From NCBI RefSeq assembly GCF_018350175.1, contig NC_058382.1:14136001-14200000 (forward strand): a stretch of 64,000 nucleotides of DNA, written 5' to 3'. Source of the stretch: Felis catus. Taxonomy: Eukaryota. This document shows, piece after piece, positions 1 through 10,274 of this stretch (positions within the stretch are counted from its first letter, which is position 1; the number at the start of each line of letters is the position of its first letter). The notes beneath the pieces were generated by a model that saw only the letters and a list, made by a program, of their open reading frames with translations, was not told the DNA's origin and searched no databases. Both the position numbers and the translations under genes were made by a program.

Positions 1-129
1 TCTAAGAGTCTTATTTCTAGAGGCCTCAACTTCAAAGAATCTTGGAGTATGACATTCCAAGGTCCAAAAATCCAATATTTCAGCATCTTGAGATTCTAAA
101 GAAGTACGCTTATAAAATCCCACATTTCT

Positions 130-345
130 TTTTTTATTTAAAAAAAATTTTAATGTTTATTTTTATAGAGAGAGGGAGAGCATGAGAAAAGGGGCAGAGA
201 GAGATGGAGACACAGAATCCGAAGCAGACTCCAGGCTCCGAGCTGTCAGCACAGAGCCCGACGCGGGGCTCGAACTCACAAACTGTGAGATCTTGACCTG
301 AGCTGAGGTCCGACGCTCAACCAAACTGAGCCACCCAGGCGCCCC
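130..345 (-). mobile_element. CAN-SINE with 16-bp TSD aaaatcccacatttct (114-129 / 347-362)
   Basis: tRNA-derived head, (CT)n, A-tail in reverse. Confidence 0.93.
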
Positions 346-391
346 AAAAATCCCACATTTCTGAGACTACACATTTTCAAGGTTGTAAGGC

Positions 392-606
392 AGCACTGCC
401 CCGTACAGTATCCACAAGCCACATATGGCTACTTAAATTTAAATTAATTAAAACTGAATACAATGAAAAATTTGGTCCCTCACGAAGCACTGGCCATATT
501 TCAAGCGCTTACAGCCAAAAGTACTAGTGGTTAGTGGTTAGTACATTGGACATCACAGATAAAGAACATTTTCCCATCACTGTGGAAAGTTCCATTGGAC
601 AGTGTT
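392..606 (-). mobile_element. MER3-like hAT-Charlie DNA transposon relic
   Basis: agccacatatggct, atttaaattaattaaa, gaaagttccattggacag motifs typical of MER3/MER33. Confidence 0.65.
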
Positions 607-756
607 GGTCTACAGATTCAAGTGAAAAGGGTCTGTAACTCTCTTCCCATCTTCTAGGCCATCAAGGTTCTCAAGCTCTGAGGTACACAGATACCACCCC
701 AACAACCTCCTCCCTTTCCTCCTTCCCTCCTCCCACCCCAGCCCTCTTCCAGGTAC

Positions 757-928
757 CTGCCAAGGCCTTGATCCTGGAGCACTCAAAGAGGGAGGCCGCT
801 GCCGTGGCGGCTGCTGGCTGCTCCCGTTCCCAGCCCCGATCCGGACTCTCCCAGCGGGCTGCAGGATTGTTGTTGTTAGGGGCCGGCAGGCCCTCCATGT
901 TGTCCACTTCCCCTGGTACCTGTGCCAT
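757..928 (-). CDS. SPTBN4: Spectrin beta chain non-erythrocytic 4, first coding exon (gene continues left of window)
   Basis: MAQVPGEVDNMEGLPAPNNNNPAARWESPDRGWEREQP...SLFECSRIKALA is the betaIV-spectrin N-terminus. ATG at 928-926; acceptor ccccag| with exon starting at 943; phase-1 donor GCAG|GTACCT (GT at 756-755). Confidence 0.95.
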
Positions 929-1227
929 CGGGGAAGGTGAGGCCTGGGGAGGAGCAGAGGCAGGTTAGGCTGGACACAGGTCCGGAGCTCAGAGGTCCCA
1001 CTTCTAACAGCCGCTGTCTGTGAGTCCTGTCCACTCCCTCGCCCTCAGTTTCCCTGTCTTTAAAGTGGACCTAATACTACTGACAATAATATTCACTGTG
1101 ACCACTTCATAGGGGTGTGATAAAGCACCCAGCTCAGCACCTGGAGCAGGGCGCGGGCTGGGCAAATTGTCCCTATATTATTGTTAGAAGGATGACACTT
1201 ATCAGTAGAACTCTAAAATGCAGTGAA

Positions 1228-1830
1228 GGGGCTCTTGAGGGGTTCAGTCGGTTAAGTGTTGGACTTCAGCTCAGGTCATGATCTCACAGTTCGTAGGAGC
1301 CCCACACTGGGCTCTGTGCTGTCAGCACAGAGCCTGCTTGGGATTCTCTTTCTCTTCCTGTCTCTGCCCCTCCCCTGCTTGCATGCACGCTCTCTCTGTC
1401 TCAAAATAAATAAATAAACGTTAAAAAAAAAAAAGACATTGGGGCACCTGGGTGGCTCAGTGGGTTAAGTGTCCGACTCTTGATTTTGGCTCAGGTCATG
1501 ATCTCACAGTTCATGAGTTCGAGCCCCACATCGAACTGTCAGTGCAGAGCCTGCTTGGGATTCTCTCTCTGTCTCTCTCTCTGTCCCTCAAAAATATATA
1601 AATAAACTTTAAAAAAATATAATGTTTATTTATTTTTGTTGAGAGAGGGACACACAGACAGAGTGTGAGCAGGGGAGGGGCAGAGAGAGAAGGAGACACA
1701 GAATCTAAAGCAGGCTCCAGGCTGTGAGCTGTCAGCACAGATCCTGATGCGGGGCTTGAACTCACCAACTAGGAGATCATGACCTGAGCCAAAGTCGGAT
1801 GCTTAACAGATTGAGCCACCCAGGTGCCCC
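1228..1830. mobile_element. Cluster of three CAN-SINEs (+ 1228-1434, + 1441-1615, - 1616-1830)
   Basis: Three heads, tails read directly. Confidence 0.9.
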
Positions 1831-1929
1831 AAACTTTAAAGGATTAAAAAAAAAAAGACATTATAGAGGAGGAAACTAAGGTCCAAGGTCACAAAGCTAG
1901 TGGGTAGCCAGAGTTCAAACACAGGTACT

Positions 1930-2432
1930 ACATTTGCATTAAATGGCCCCAATTCTTCATCCTTATAACCACATCCTTTGCCATAGAACTCTGGAGAGTT
2001 CCATGTAGGGAGGGGAAAAGTGGAAGAGCGTCCCCTCACAACCTTGACTTCCGGTTTGGGCACATGACTAGCTTTGACCAACAGAATTAAGTGGAAGGGC
2101 TGTTGAATTCTAAGCCTAAAACTCAAAGGACTTTGCATGTTTTTGTTTGTGCTTGATTGTGACTGTGAGAAAAACACTCTCAGGGTAGGCTGGGCCTAAG
2201 GCCCCAGTCACTAAAGCCAAGGCCGGCTAAAGCAGCCAATAGTCAGCACCGCTCCCCACCCCACATCCCAACACGTGAATCAGCCCCACTGAGACCAGAA
2301 AAACTGTCCAGCTGAGCCCAGCCTAAGTCCCTGACCTCAGACTTGATGGGTAAATAAAGGCACCATGTTTTCAAACACTGAGTTTGGGGTGGTTTCTTAT
2401 GCAGCATTATTGTGGCAACAGCTAGCTGACAT
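1930..2432 (+). mobile_element. MLT1-type (MaLR) solo LTR, old
   Basis: 3' end tttggggtggtttcttatgcagcatt...agctagctgacata typical of MLT1. Confidence 0.6.
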
Positions 2433-2744
2433 ATTGTCTGATCCAGAGCTATGCTCGAGAACACTTGCCAGATTGCAAATATGAAATTAAAGAGGGTGGG
2501 AGGCATTCGGATACCTCTCCTCCTCCCTCTGGGCCCCAGGCCTGATTCTGAGACTACAAAAGGAAGGAACTGTGAGGAGATCAATGTCCTTCTCAAAGAC
2601 CCAAACAGCTGACAACACACCAGACTGTAAGAAAGCAGGGTCTGGGTGTTGGTCAGTGTAGCGGAGATTGTCCCTTCGAGTGGACAGTCCAAAATCCACT
2701 GTTATTCTTCTCTCCTTCTACAGAAAGCTGTAAGTAGGCACATG

Positions 2745-2925
2745 GCTACTTACCACCTGTGTGACCTTGGCCAGTCACTTCCTCTTTCTGGGCCTCAGTT
2801 TGTTCATCTGTAAAATGGCAATAATAGTGCCCATATTCTAGGGATGTTTGTAGATGAAATGAGTTAATAGTGCAGGAAATATTGTATCTAGTGCATGCAA
2901 GCCCTTGATACACGGTCCTTGTTAT
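2745..2925 (+). mobile_element. MIR (representative; many more MIR fragments, e.g. about 5620-5760, 24430-24570, 53190-53310)
   Basis: Core tgtgaccttggccagtcactt...cctcagtttgttcatctgtaaaatgg. Confidence 0.75.
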
Positions 2926-3339
2926 CATTATTCATCCTCTCTGGTCACATATCTTAGCATATCAAAGTGCCTGTGCTGGAGTCAGAGAGAAAGGAGTTCA
3001 AGCCCTGCTTTATTCTTGCTGCATCTTTAACCCATCTTTAACTTGGCCTCCCTACCTCAGTTTCCCTCCCTGTTAAATGGTGATCACAACTGTTTCCTCG
3101 GTGGAGAATACTTGGGGATGGGGAGGCACTTAGCACTTGGTGAGCTCTCTGTCAGGCTGGGAAAAGCGCTGGCCATTATGTGATTGAATGGAGAAGGAAG
3201 GGAGGCAAAGGAGATGGGGGAGGTGGAAAGAGGTGTCCCAGGGCCCCAGCAAAGGCTCCAGGCTGGGGGTGGGGAAAAAAAAAAAAAATATCGATGCTTT
3301 AACCCTTCCGAGGCCGCGCCTCTCTCTCCCTGCAGTCTA

Positions 3340-3880
3340 GTCACTGTTCGAAAGCAGGGGACCTGGGAAGGACAAGGCCCGGGAGGAAGACTCACGCATG
3401 GCGCGGAGGCTGGCCTGGGTTGAGGTGTGGGGGCTCATTCTGCCCTGGACCCTTCCCCTCCTCCAGCCCGGGAGACCCTAGGGGCTCAGGCCATGCCCAC
3501 GGCGCGCGGGGGAGGGATTCTCGGGCAGGTGGGGACATGCTGCAGGGAGGGGCTATCACCCAAAGCCGCTCACCTGGGCCCCGTGGCCGCCGGTGCCGCC
3601 GTCCCCGCTGCTCGCGGCGCCCGACCGCCCTCACTGGCGGCGTCCGGTGCCCGGCCCAACCCGGCCCGGCTCCGCTCGGCCCCGCCGGCCCCGCCGCTCG
3701 ACCGGATCCGCATGCGCCGCCGCCGCCGCCGCCGCGCCTCCCCCGCTCGCGCGGCCGCCGCGCTCGGCGCGCCCCCGGGACCCCCTCCCGCCAGCCGCCT
3801 CGGCCGCCTGCGGCGCTGGCCCACGCGCGGTCACACACCGAGCCACGCCACTCGCCGGGCCAGAGGTAGCGTCACACACA
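3340..3880. promoter_or_regulatory. CpG island, SPTBN4 promoter
   Basis: Very high GC/CpG, (GCC)n run at about 3716-3735, NRF1-like CCGCATGCGC at 3709-3718. Confidence 0.8.
3574..3830 (-). other. SPTBN4: Probable non-coding first exon of SPTBN4 in a CpG island (5' end approximate)
   Basis: CpG-dense segment ending in consensus minus-strand donor CCCAG|GTGAGC (GT at 3573-3572), 2.6 kb upstream of the coding exon. Confidence 0.7.
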
Positions 3881-4700
3881 GCCACGCACTCTCACGGGGT
3901 CACACACTCCCACACTGTCACACACACACACACACGCACACACACGGGGTCACATACAGCGTCGCAAACATTTACCCACAGCCACACACTCACACGGTAT
4001 CACCCCCCCACACCCACGGGGACACACAGAGCCAAACATTCAAACTCACACGCAGTCACACGCTCACATGGGGTCCCACTCTGGCACAGTCCCCGACAGC
4101 ATCACACATAGTGACACGCTCAAATAGTGCCACCACCCACACACACCATGTCACACACAAGCACGCGTATGCCATGCACTGTCGCACACTCCCATGGGGT
4201 CACAAAGAGTATCATCTGCTCACGGGTCACGCACAGCTTCACAATCACACAGTATCACACACTTTTTTACACACTCAAACTTGTTACACCTGTCACACAT
4301 CTTGCAGGGTCATACACTCATACATCATACAGTCCCCAAACAGCATCACAACAGTTGACACCCACAGCCACACACTCAGATAAAGTCACAGTGACACATA
4401 CTTACATGTCACATGTGGTGTCATACACTCCCATAAAACACATCTCACACGTGTCCCACACCACATCCCCCAGCTTCATGGATGCATACAGCATCACAGA
4501 CCGACACAGTGTCATCCACAGTGGCACCACAAGGTCCCAAAAGAACAGCATCAATGTTTGCCACATGTCTCACACAGTCTCATACTGCAACATAGTGCTA
4601 TACAGAGGATGGCGCCTGGTGTCATCCACAATTTTGCTCTCCCTTGGGGCTACTCAGTCACACATAGTCACATGGGCACATATACACACAGTGTCCCACC
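3830..4700. repeat. Degenerate CA-rich low-complexity tract (recurring GTCACAC) between SPTBN4 and BLVRB promoters
   Basis: Recurrent gtcacac/cacacac/ctcacac motifs; produces spurious His/Thr-rich ORFs. Confidence 0.8.
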
Positions 4701-4769
4701 CTCCCTCATTTTCTCCCCTTGCAGCTTCTGAAAGGTCTTGGGGCACAGCGTGGGTCCCAGGTCAGCCTC

Positions 4770-5350
4770 AGGCCTTAGGAGAGGGGGCGTGAGCTAGGAG
4801 AGGTCGGTGGGCGTGGCCCGAGCTCACCCCGCCCCCGACTAGAGCGCAGAGGCGGGGCACCGGGTCCACCCACGTTCCTCCCAGTGGTCCAGATGCGGCC
4901 ACGCCTCCCAGTCTAAGTGGAAGGCGGAGGGGGCGGTGCTGGACGCCAGGTGGAGGCGAGCAGACTGCTGCCGCTCCCACCGCGTTCTTCCTGGCTAGAG
5001 GCGTGACCTGTTTGGCCCCGCCCCTCGGCCTGAGCCTGGGGCCCAGAAGCAAGCTGAGGCGTGGCCTTCGGTGCCAGCCCCGCCCTGTCCCTCCCGCCGG
5101 AGAAGGACGAGAGGGAGGCCCAGCAGCCAGCCAGTTCCCGCGCGTCGTGCAACTCCGTGGCCTCACACCCCTACGAGTCCGCAGAATGGAGGTCAAGAAG
5201 ATTGCCATCTTCGGTGCCACGGGCAGGACCGGGCTCACCACCCTGGCGCAGGCGGTGGAAGCAGGCATGAGCTGGGGTGGGCGGGGGATGTCACGGGGTG
5301 TATATGCCCCTCATTAGGAAGGGGCATCCTGGGACCCGGGCAAGGCTGGT
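4770..5350 (+). promoter_or_regulatory. CpG island, BLVRB promoter
   Basis: Multiple GC boxes (GGGGCG, CCCGCCCC) upstream of the ATG at 5186. Confidence 0.8.
5186..5264 (+). CDS. BLVRB: Biliverdin reductase B / flavin reductase, exon 1 (79 nt coding)
   Basis: MEVKKIAIFGATGRTGLTTLAQAVEA-G with Rossmann GxxGxxG motif; donor is GCAG|GCATGA (GC-AG). Confidence 0.95.
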
Positions 5351-6276
5351 TGGGCCATCCGTGCTTTGATTTGTGACCTAGGGGCAAAGCAGGTGGCGAC
5401 GGGGACAGAAATGGGGGACGCCGTGAGATCCAATTTTATGAGTCTGAGGACTAGGAATTGGCCCTGGGAGGCAGAGGAGTTCCAGTGACAGGTTTAAATA
5501 CAGTGCTCTTATGAAATGCTGTAGTTGTAGTTGTGGTTGTTAGCACACCCAGCGAGGGCTTACTAAGCCAGGCAACGGCTTGCCTCCCAGCCCCTACCGC
5601 TTTTCCCCCTGTTAAATCCTCCCAGCGCTCATGTCCGGGGGTACTAGTATCACCTCACTTCACAGATGAGAAAACTAAGGCCCAGAGAGTGACTTGCCCG
5701 ATATCAGACAGGTGGAAAGTGGTGGTGCTGGGATTTGAACCCGGCCTGTGCTCTTAACTGCCAAAGGTGCACTTGCTCGTGGCCTGGGCACCAAGGCTGG
5801 AAGTTTAGAAGGCTGGGTGGCCAGTTGCTGTGAGCACGTTATGGAAAGAGGATAATGGAGACGTAGGTGAAGACTTGGGCGCTGGTCCTGGGAAAGTGGG
5901 TAAGAGTTGCAAATTCAGTTGCTCCGAGAAAGGGGATAACGTCCTGCGGCCTCCCCTGCCTCCACCATCCAGACTTCACCAACCCCCAGGGGTGCCTGGG
6001 ACTTCCAGATATAAGGCCCCACCCTCGCTGGCCTCAGTGACGCTGAAGATATTGACTATCTGGGTGCCCCAAAAGGGTGGAGGCTGTCAGGATCCCACTC
6101 TCTATTGTCTCCTAGCCCAGCCCTTGGAGGGACTTGGCCTGACAGTTCCTCATCAGGCCCACTGCTCTCTCCCTCTCCAGGAAGACTCGGTGAGGATCTT
6201 GATTTGTGGGGAGGGGAGAAAGAAATTTGCTGATAACTATTTCTTGGGGAGGAAGTAAGAGGGAGAAGTTGAAAGG

Positions 6277-6287
6277 TGCTGAGTCAC
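6277..6287. promoter_or_regulatory. MARE/ARE element TGCTGAGTCAC (NRF2/NF-E2/BACH1-sMAF) in BLVRB intron 1
   Basis: Exact match to the consensus (reverse complement GTGACTCAGCA); TGATAA at 6231-6236 and CCACCC at 6355-6360 nearby. Confidence 0.6.
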
Positions 6288-6524
6288 CCTGAAGATCCAG
6301 ATTCCCATGTTACTACCTTACCCTTTATCCTGAATTCTGCTGAATTCCACTTGTCCACCCTGCTGGTCACAACTGGGACTGCACCCCAGGGAATTGAGAG
6401 CTGAGGCCGAGGGGAGGCCCTGCCATCTCAGGGTGGCTCTGACAAGTCTCTTCAGAGCCACATTGAGCCTCTGAGCCTCACTGTCTCCAGCAGGAAAAGA
6501 GGAGCCTGACTGAGCTGGCTTTTT

Positions 6525-6746
6525 TTTTTTTAATTCTTTTTTTCAACGTTTATTTATTTTTGGGACAGAGAGAGACAGAGCATGAACGGGGGAGGGGCAG
6601 AGAGAGAGGGAGACACAGAATCGGAAACAGGCTCCAGGCTCTGAGCCATCAGCCCAGAGCCTGACGCGGGGCTCGAACTCACGGACCGCGAGATCGTGAC
6701 CTGGCTGAAGTCAGACGCTTAACCGACTGCGCCACCCAGGCGCCCC
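6525..6746 (-). mobile_element. Young felid CAN-SINE with 15-bp TSD ctgagctggcttttt
   Basis: CpG-rich intact body; TSD 6510-6524 / 6747-6761. Confidence 0.95.
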
Positions 6747-6902
6747 CTGAGCTGGCTTTTTATTTACCTCACTGATTCTATAGGCTGGTGCCAGCCTGCC
6801 CGCCTTCACATCCCAGCTCTGCCACTCACCACCTACATCGACGAATGCCTTGTCGTCTGTGTACCTAGACAGCTGGAAAGTGGGGATATAACTAGTAGCA
6901 CT

Positions 6903-7194
6903 TGGGTGCCTGGCTGGCACAGTCAGTAGAGCGTGCAACTCCTGATCTCAGGGTCGTGAGTTCAAACCCCACACTGGACATAGAGATTACTTAAAAAAAT
7001 TTTTTTTTTAATTTTTTAAATGTTTATTTTTGAAAGAGAGAGAGAGCAGGGGAGGGACAGAGAGAGAGGGAGACACAGAATCTGAAGCAGGCTCCAGGCT
7101 CTGAGCTGTCAGCACAGAGCCTGACTCGGGGCTCGAACCCACGAACCCCAGCCAAAGTCGGATTCTTAAACGACTGAGCCATCCAGGCGCCCCC
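6903..7194. mobile_element. Short tRNA-like SINE (+ 6903-6998) abutting CAN-SINE (- 7001-7194)
   Basis: A/B-box head with short tail, then reverse SINE. Confidence 0.85.
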
Positions 7195-7711
7195 CCCCCC
7201 AACCAAAAAATTTTCTTAGAAGAAAACTAGTATTGCTTGCTCTGGGGTGCTTGCAATGATTAAATGAGATAATATGTGGAAAATGCTAAGAACCATGACC
7301 AATACATAGTTGGTAATTCAATAAGCCCTCTTTTGGCTGAGTGAACTCATAGCTGTGTGAACTTGGCTCAGTTAACCTAAAATGGTCTCAATTCCCCCAT
7401 CTTCAAAATGGGCATATAATAATATCTTTTAGGATTGCTGCAATCTGGTGCTTTTCAAACTGTGGGTCATAGTTCTGAAATACATTTAATTGGTTATAAA
7501 GGTGTCAGTATATCATAGGTTAAATATTGGTTTTATGAAACTTCTTTCAATTATATATGCATGGAGTTGTATATGCTGGGTTAGGCATGGAAATCTGTTT
7601 TGGACTGAGGGTTGAGATCAAAAATTTTAAAAAGGGCATGATCTCTGCAAATAGTTAAGAAAAATAGTTAAGAAAAAACTCAAATAGTTAAGAAAAAACT
7701 TTATGTGTATG

Positions 7712-7713
<2 letters not shown>

Positions 7714-7743
<30 letters not shown>

Positions 7744-7800
7744 ATATATACACATATATAATTACATATGTTATATATTATACACACAGATAATATATAA
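7714..7800. repeat. (TG)n followed by (TA)-rich tract
   Basis: Read directly. Confidence 0.9.
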
Positions 7801-7980
7801 GATAAAGCAAAAGCAAACATGAGAAATGACGTCTTCCAACTTTCATATACAATAGAATTTCTTTTTTAAAAAATTTAAGAGAAAAATATAAAGTTAGGGA
7901 TTTGTAAAAAAAAAAAAAAAAAAGTGTGGAAGTACCTTACCAATGCTCTCGTTTTTTCTAAAGGGTAAAATATATGAATT

Positions 7981-8160
7981 CTTTTTTTTTAATGTTTATT
8001 TGTTTTTGAGAGAGAGCAAGCATGAGCAGGGGAAGGGCAGAGAGAGGGAGGGCTCTACACTGACAGCAGAGAACCCCATGTGGGGCTCAAAACCATGAAC
8101 AGTGAGATCATGACCAGAGCCAAAGTCAGACGCCCAACCGACTGAGCCACCCAGGCGCCC
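7981..8160 (-). mobile_element. CAN-SINE
   Basis: Reverse head ...ccacccaggcgccc. Confidence 0.88.
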
Positions 8161-8274
8161 TCCAAATCTGTGAATTCTAAAACAATGCTGTTTGATATGG
8201 TAGCTACTAGTGACATGTGGCTATTGAAATTTACATTTAAATATGGGTTGTTTAAAAAAAATTTTTTGGAAAAA

Positions 8275-8941
8275 GGGGCGCCTGGGTGGCTCAGTCAGTT
8301 AAGCAGCTGACTCTTGATTTTTGGCTCAGGTCGTGATCTCACAGTTTGTGAGATTGAGCCCCACATCAGGCTCTGTGCTGACAGAGTAGAGCCTGCTTGA
8401 GATTCTCTGTCTCCCTCTCTCTCTCTGCCCCTCCCCCGCTCATTCATGTTCTCTCTCTCTCAAAATAAATAAACATTTTTTAAAAAAAATGTTTGGAGGG
8501 GCGCCTGGGTGGCGCAGTCGGTTAAGCGTCCGACTTCAGCCAGGTCACGATCTCGCGGTCCGTGAGTTCGAGCCCCGCGTCGGGCTCTGGGCTGATGGCT
8601 CAGAGCCTGGAGCCTGTTTCCGATTCTGTGTCTCCCTCTCTCTCTGCCCCTCACCTGTTCATGCTCTGTCTCTCTCTGTCCCAAAAATAAATAAACGTTG
8701 AAAAAAAAAAATAAATGTTTGGAGGGGCGCCTGGGTGGCTCAGTCGGTTAAGCGGCCGACTTCGGCTCAGGTCATGATCTCACGGTCCGTGAGTTCGAGC
8801 CCCGTGTTGGGCTCTGTGCTGACCACTCAGAGCCTGGAGCCTGTTTCAGATTCTGTGTCTCCCTCTCTCTGACCCTCCCCCGTTCATGCTCTGTCTCTCT
8901 CTGTCTCAAAAATAAATAAACGTTAAAAAAATTTTTTAAAA
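8275..8941 (+). mobile_element. Three head-to-tail CAN-SINEs (8275-8482, 8498-8712, 8724-8941)
   Basis: Three ggggcgcctgggtggc heads; junction motif aaatgtttgga three times. Confidence 0.95.
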
Positions 8942-10015
8942 AAATGTTTGGAAAAAAAAATACCATTCATCTATGGAAAGAGCTTAGCACAGGACTTGGC
9001 ATATAAGAGGTTCTCAATAAATGTCATTAATCAGCAATAATATAACACTAATGGGCACCCTTGTACTGAGCATGTGTCGGAGCTCTCATTCTCCATGAGA
9101 ACATTTTTCTCCCTCAGAATGCTCACAATTTACTAGGGTCCGTTGTAACCATTGGTAGTTAACCGATGCCCACACTGGCACCCTGAAAGTTTCCACTGCT
9201 CCCTGATGTGTGCGAGGACAGCCATTCCCTTCTGAAAGGTGGTCACCCAGGATGGGGACACTGGGAATTCTCATTTTCATTTTAGAGAGGAGACTGGGGT
9301 CCAACCAGGGAACGTGTTCCCTGTGGTTCCTCAGCCACTTACTGGTAGAGCTGGAGTTTGAACCCAGGTCCATGGGGCAGTAAAGCCTGTGCTTTTGTGT
9401 TTATATTGTGTGTATATCCACCCCTGTGCTTTTGTGTTTATAAAACATCAGGGAGATGGTGACGAATATGACAACGTCCTTAGAACTGCAGGGCCATTAT
9501 TTACTCTAGGGCAGCATAAGTAAGACAGTGACAGAGGAAACACAAGCAGCTGGGGGCTGGGGGAAAGGATCAAGGGTGCTTCTGGCTGAGGGAACAGCAT
9601 GTGCAAAGGCCAGGAGGCAGGAAACCATGATGCATTTGAAGAACTTAAAAAAGTACAGTGAGTTAAGAGGGTAGTGGCTTCAGCACAGGCTGGAGAGGGG
9701 AGGCCAGACCCCGAGGGACTGGAAGGCTGTCATGAGGAGCATAGACTTTATGTCCAGGCACTGAGGGGATCATGGGAGGGATATGAGCTGGAGGGCACTC
9801 TAGTACAACTGTGGAAAGCTCTGTCTGACTGCCATGTGGAGTATGGATGGGAGGGGGTGAGACAGGGGCCGGGAGCCCAAGGAGGACTAAACCAGGACAG
9901 GAAATAACCTTGTGAAATGATTAAAAAGTATAGTAACAGCCAGCCCCACATACCGCCCCTTTCTGTGCCAGGCACCCCCCTCAACTTTTCATTTGTTTGT
10001 TTCAGTTCTGTGCTT

Positions 10016-10260
10016 CTTATTTTTTTATTTATTTATTTATTTTAATTTTTTTTTCAACGTTTATTTATTTTTTTTGGGACAGAGAGAGACAGAGCATGAA
10101 CGGGGGAGGGGCAGAGAGAGAGGGAGACACAGAATCGGAAACAGGCTCCAGGCTCTGAGCCATCAGCCCAGAGCCCGATGCGGGGCTCGAACTCACGGAC
10201 CGCGAGATCGTGACCTGGCTGAAGTCGGACGCTCAACCGACTGCGCCACCCAGGCGCCCC
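10016..10260 (-). mobile_element. Young felid CAN-SINE with TSD agttctgtgctt
   Basis: TSD 10004-10015 / 10261-10272; nearly identical to the 6525-6746 copy. Confidence 0.95.
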
Positions 10261-10274
10261 AGTTCTGTGCTTTT

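Noticed and set aside
1132-1155. REST/RE1-like CTCAGCACCTGGAGCAG in SPTBN4 intron 1
   Set aside because: Right half-site mismatches GGACAG, and the sequence resembles a MIR/L2 remnant.
3427-4792. His/Thr-rich ORFs of 318, 172 and 221 aa
   Set aside because: Translations of the CpG island plus the CA-rich low-complexity tract; no splice structure or domain.
5003-5185. 61-codon in-frame extension upstream of the BLVRB ATG
   Set aside because: GTG start probably upstream of the TSS; promoter GC content explains the open frame.
6903-6998. tRNA-like sequences with A/B boxes (also 19228, 24867, 33125-33350, 51556)
   Set aside because: Heads of tRNA-derived SINEs followed by A-rich tails; no acceptor stem pairing evident.
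8460-8966. Recurrent 60-95 aa ORFs such as GAPGWRSRLSVRLQPGHDL and FNVYLFLRERE (also at 10054, 33387 and elsewhere)
   Set aside because: Translations of CAN-SINE bodies.
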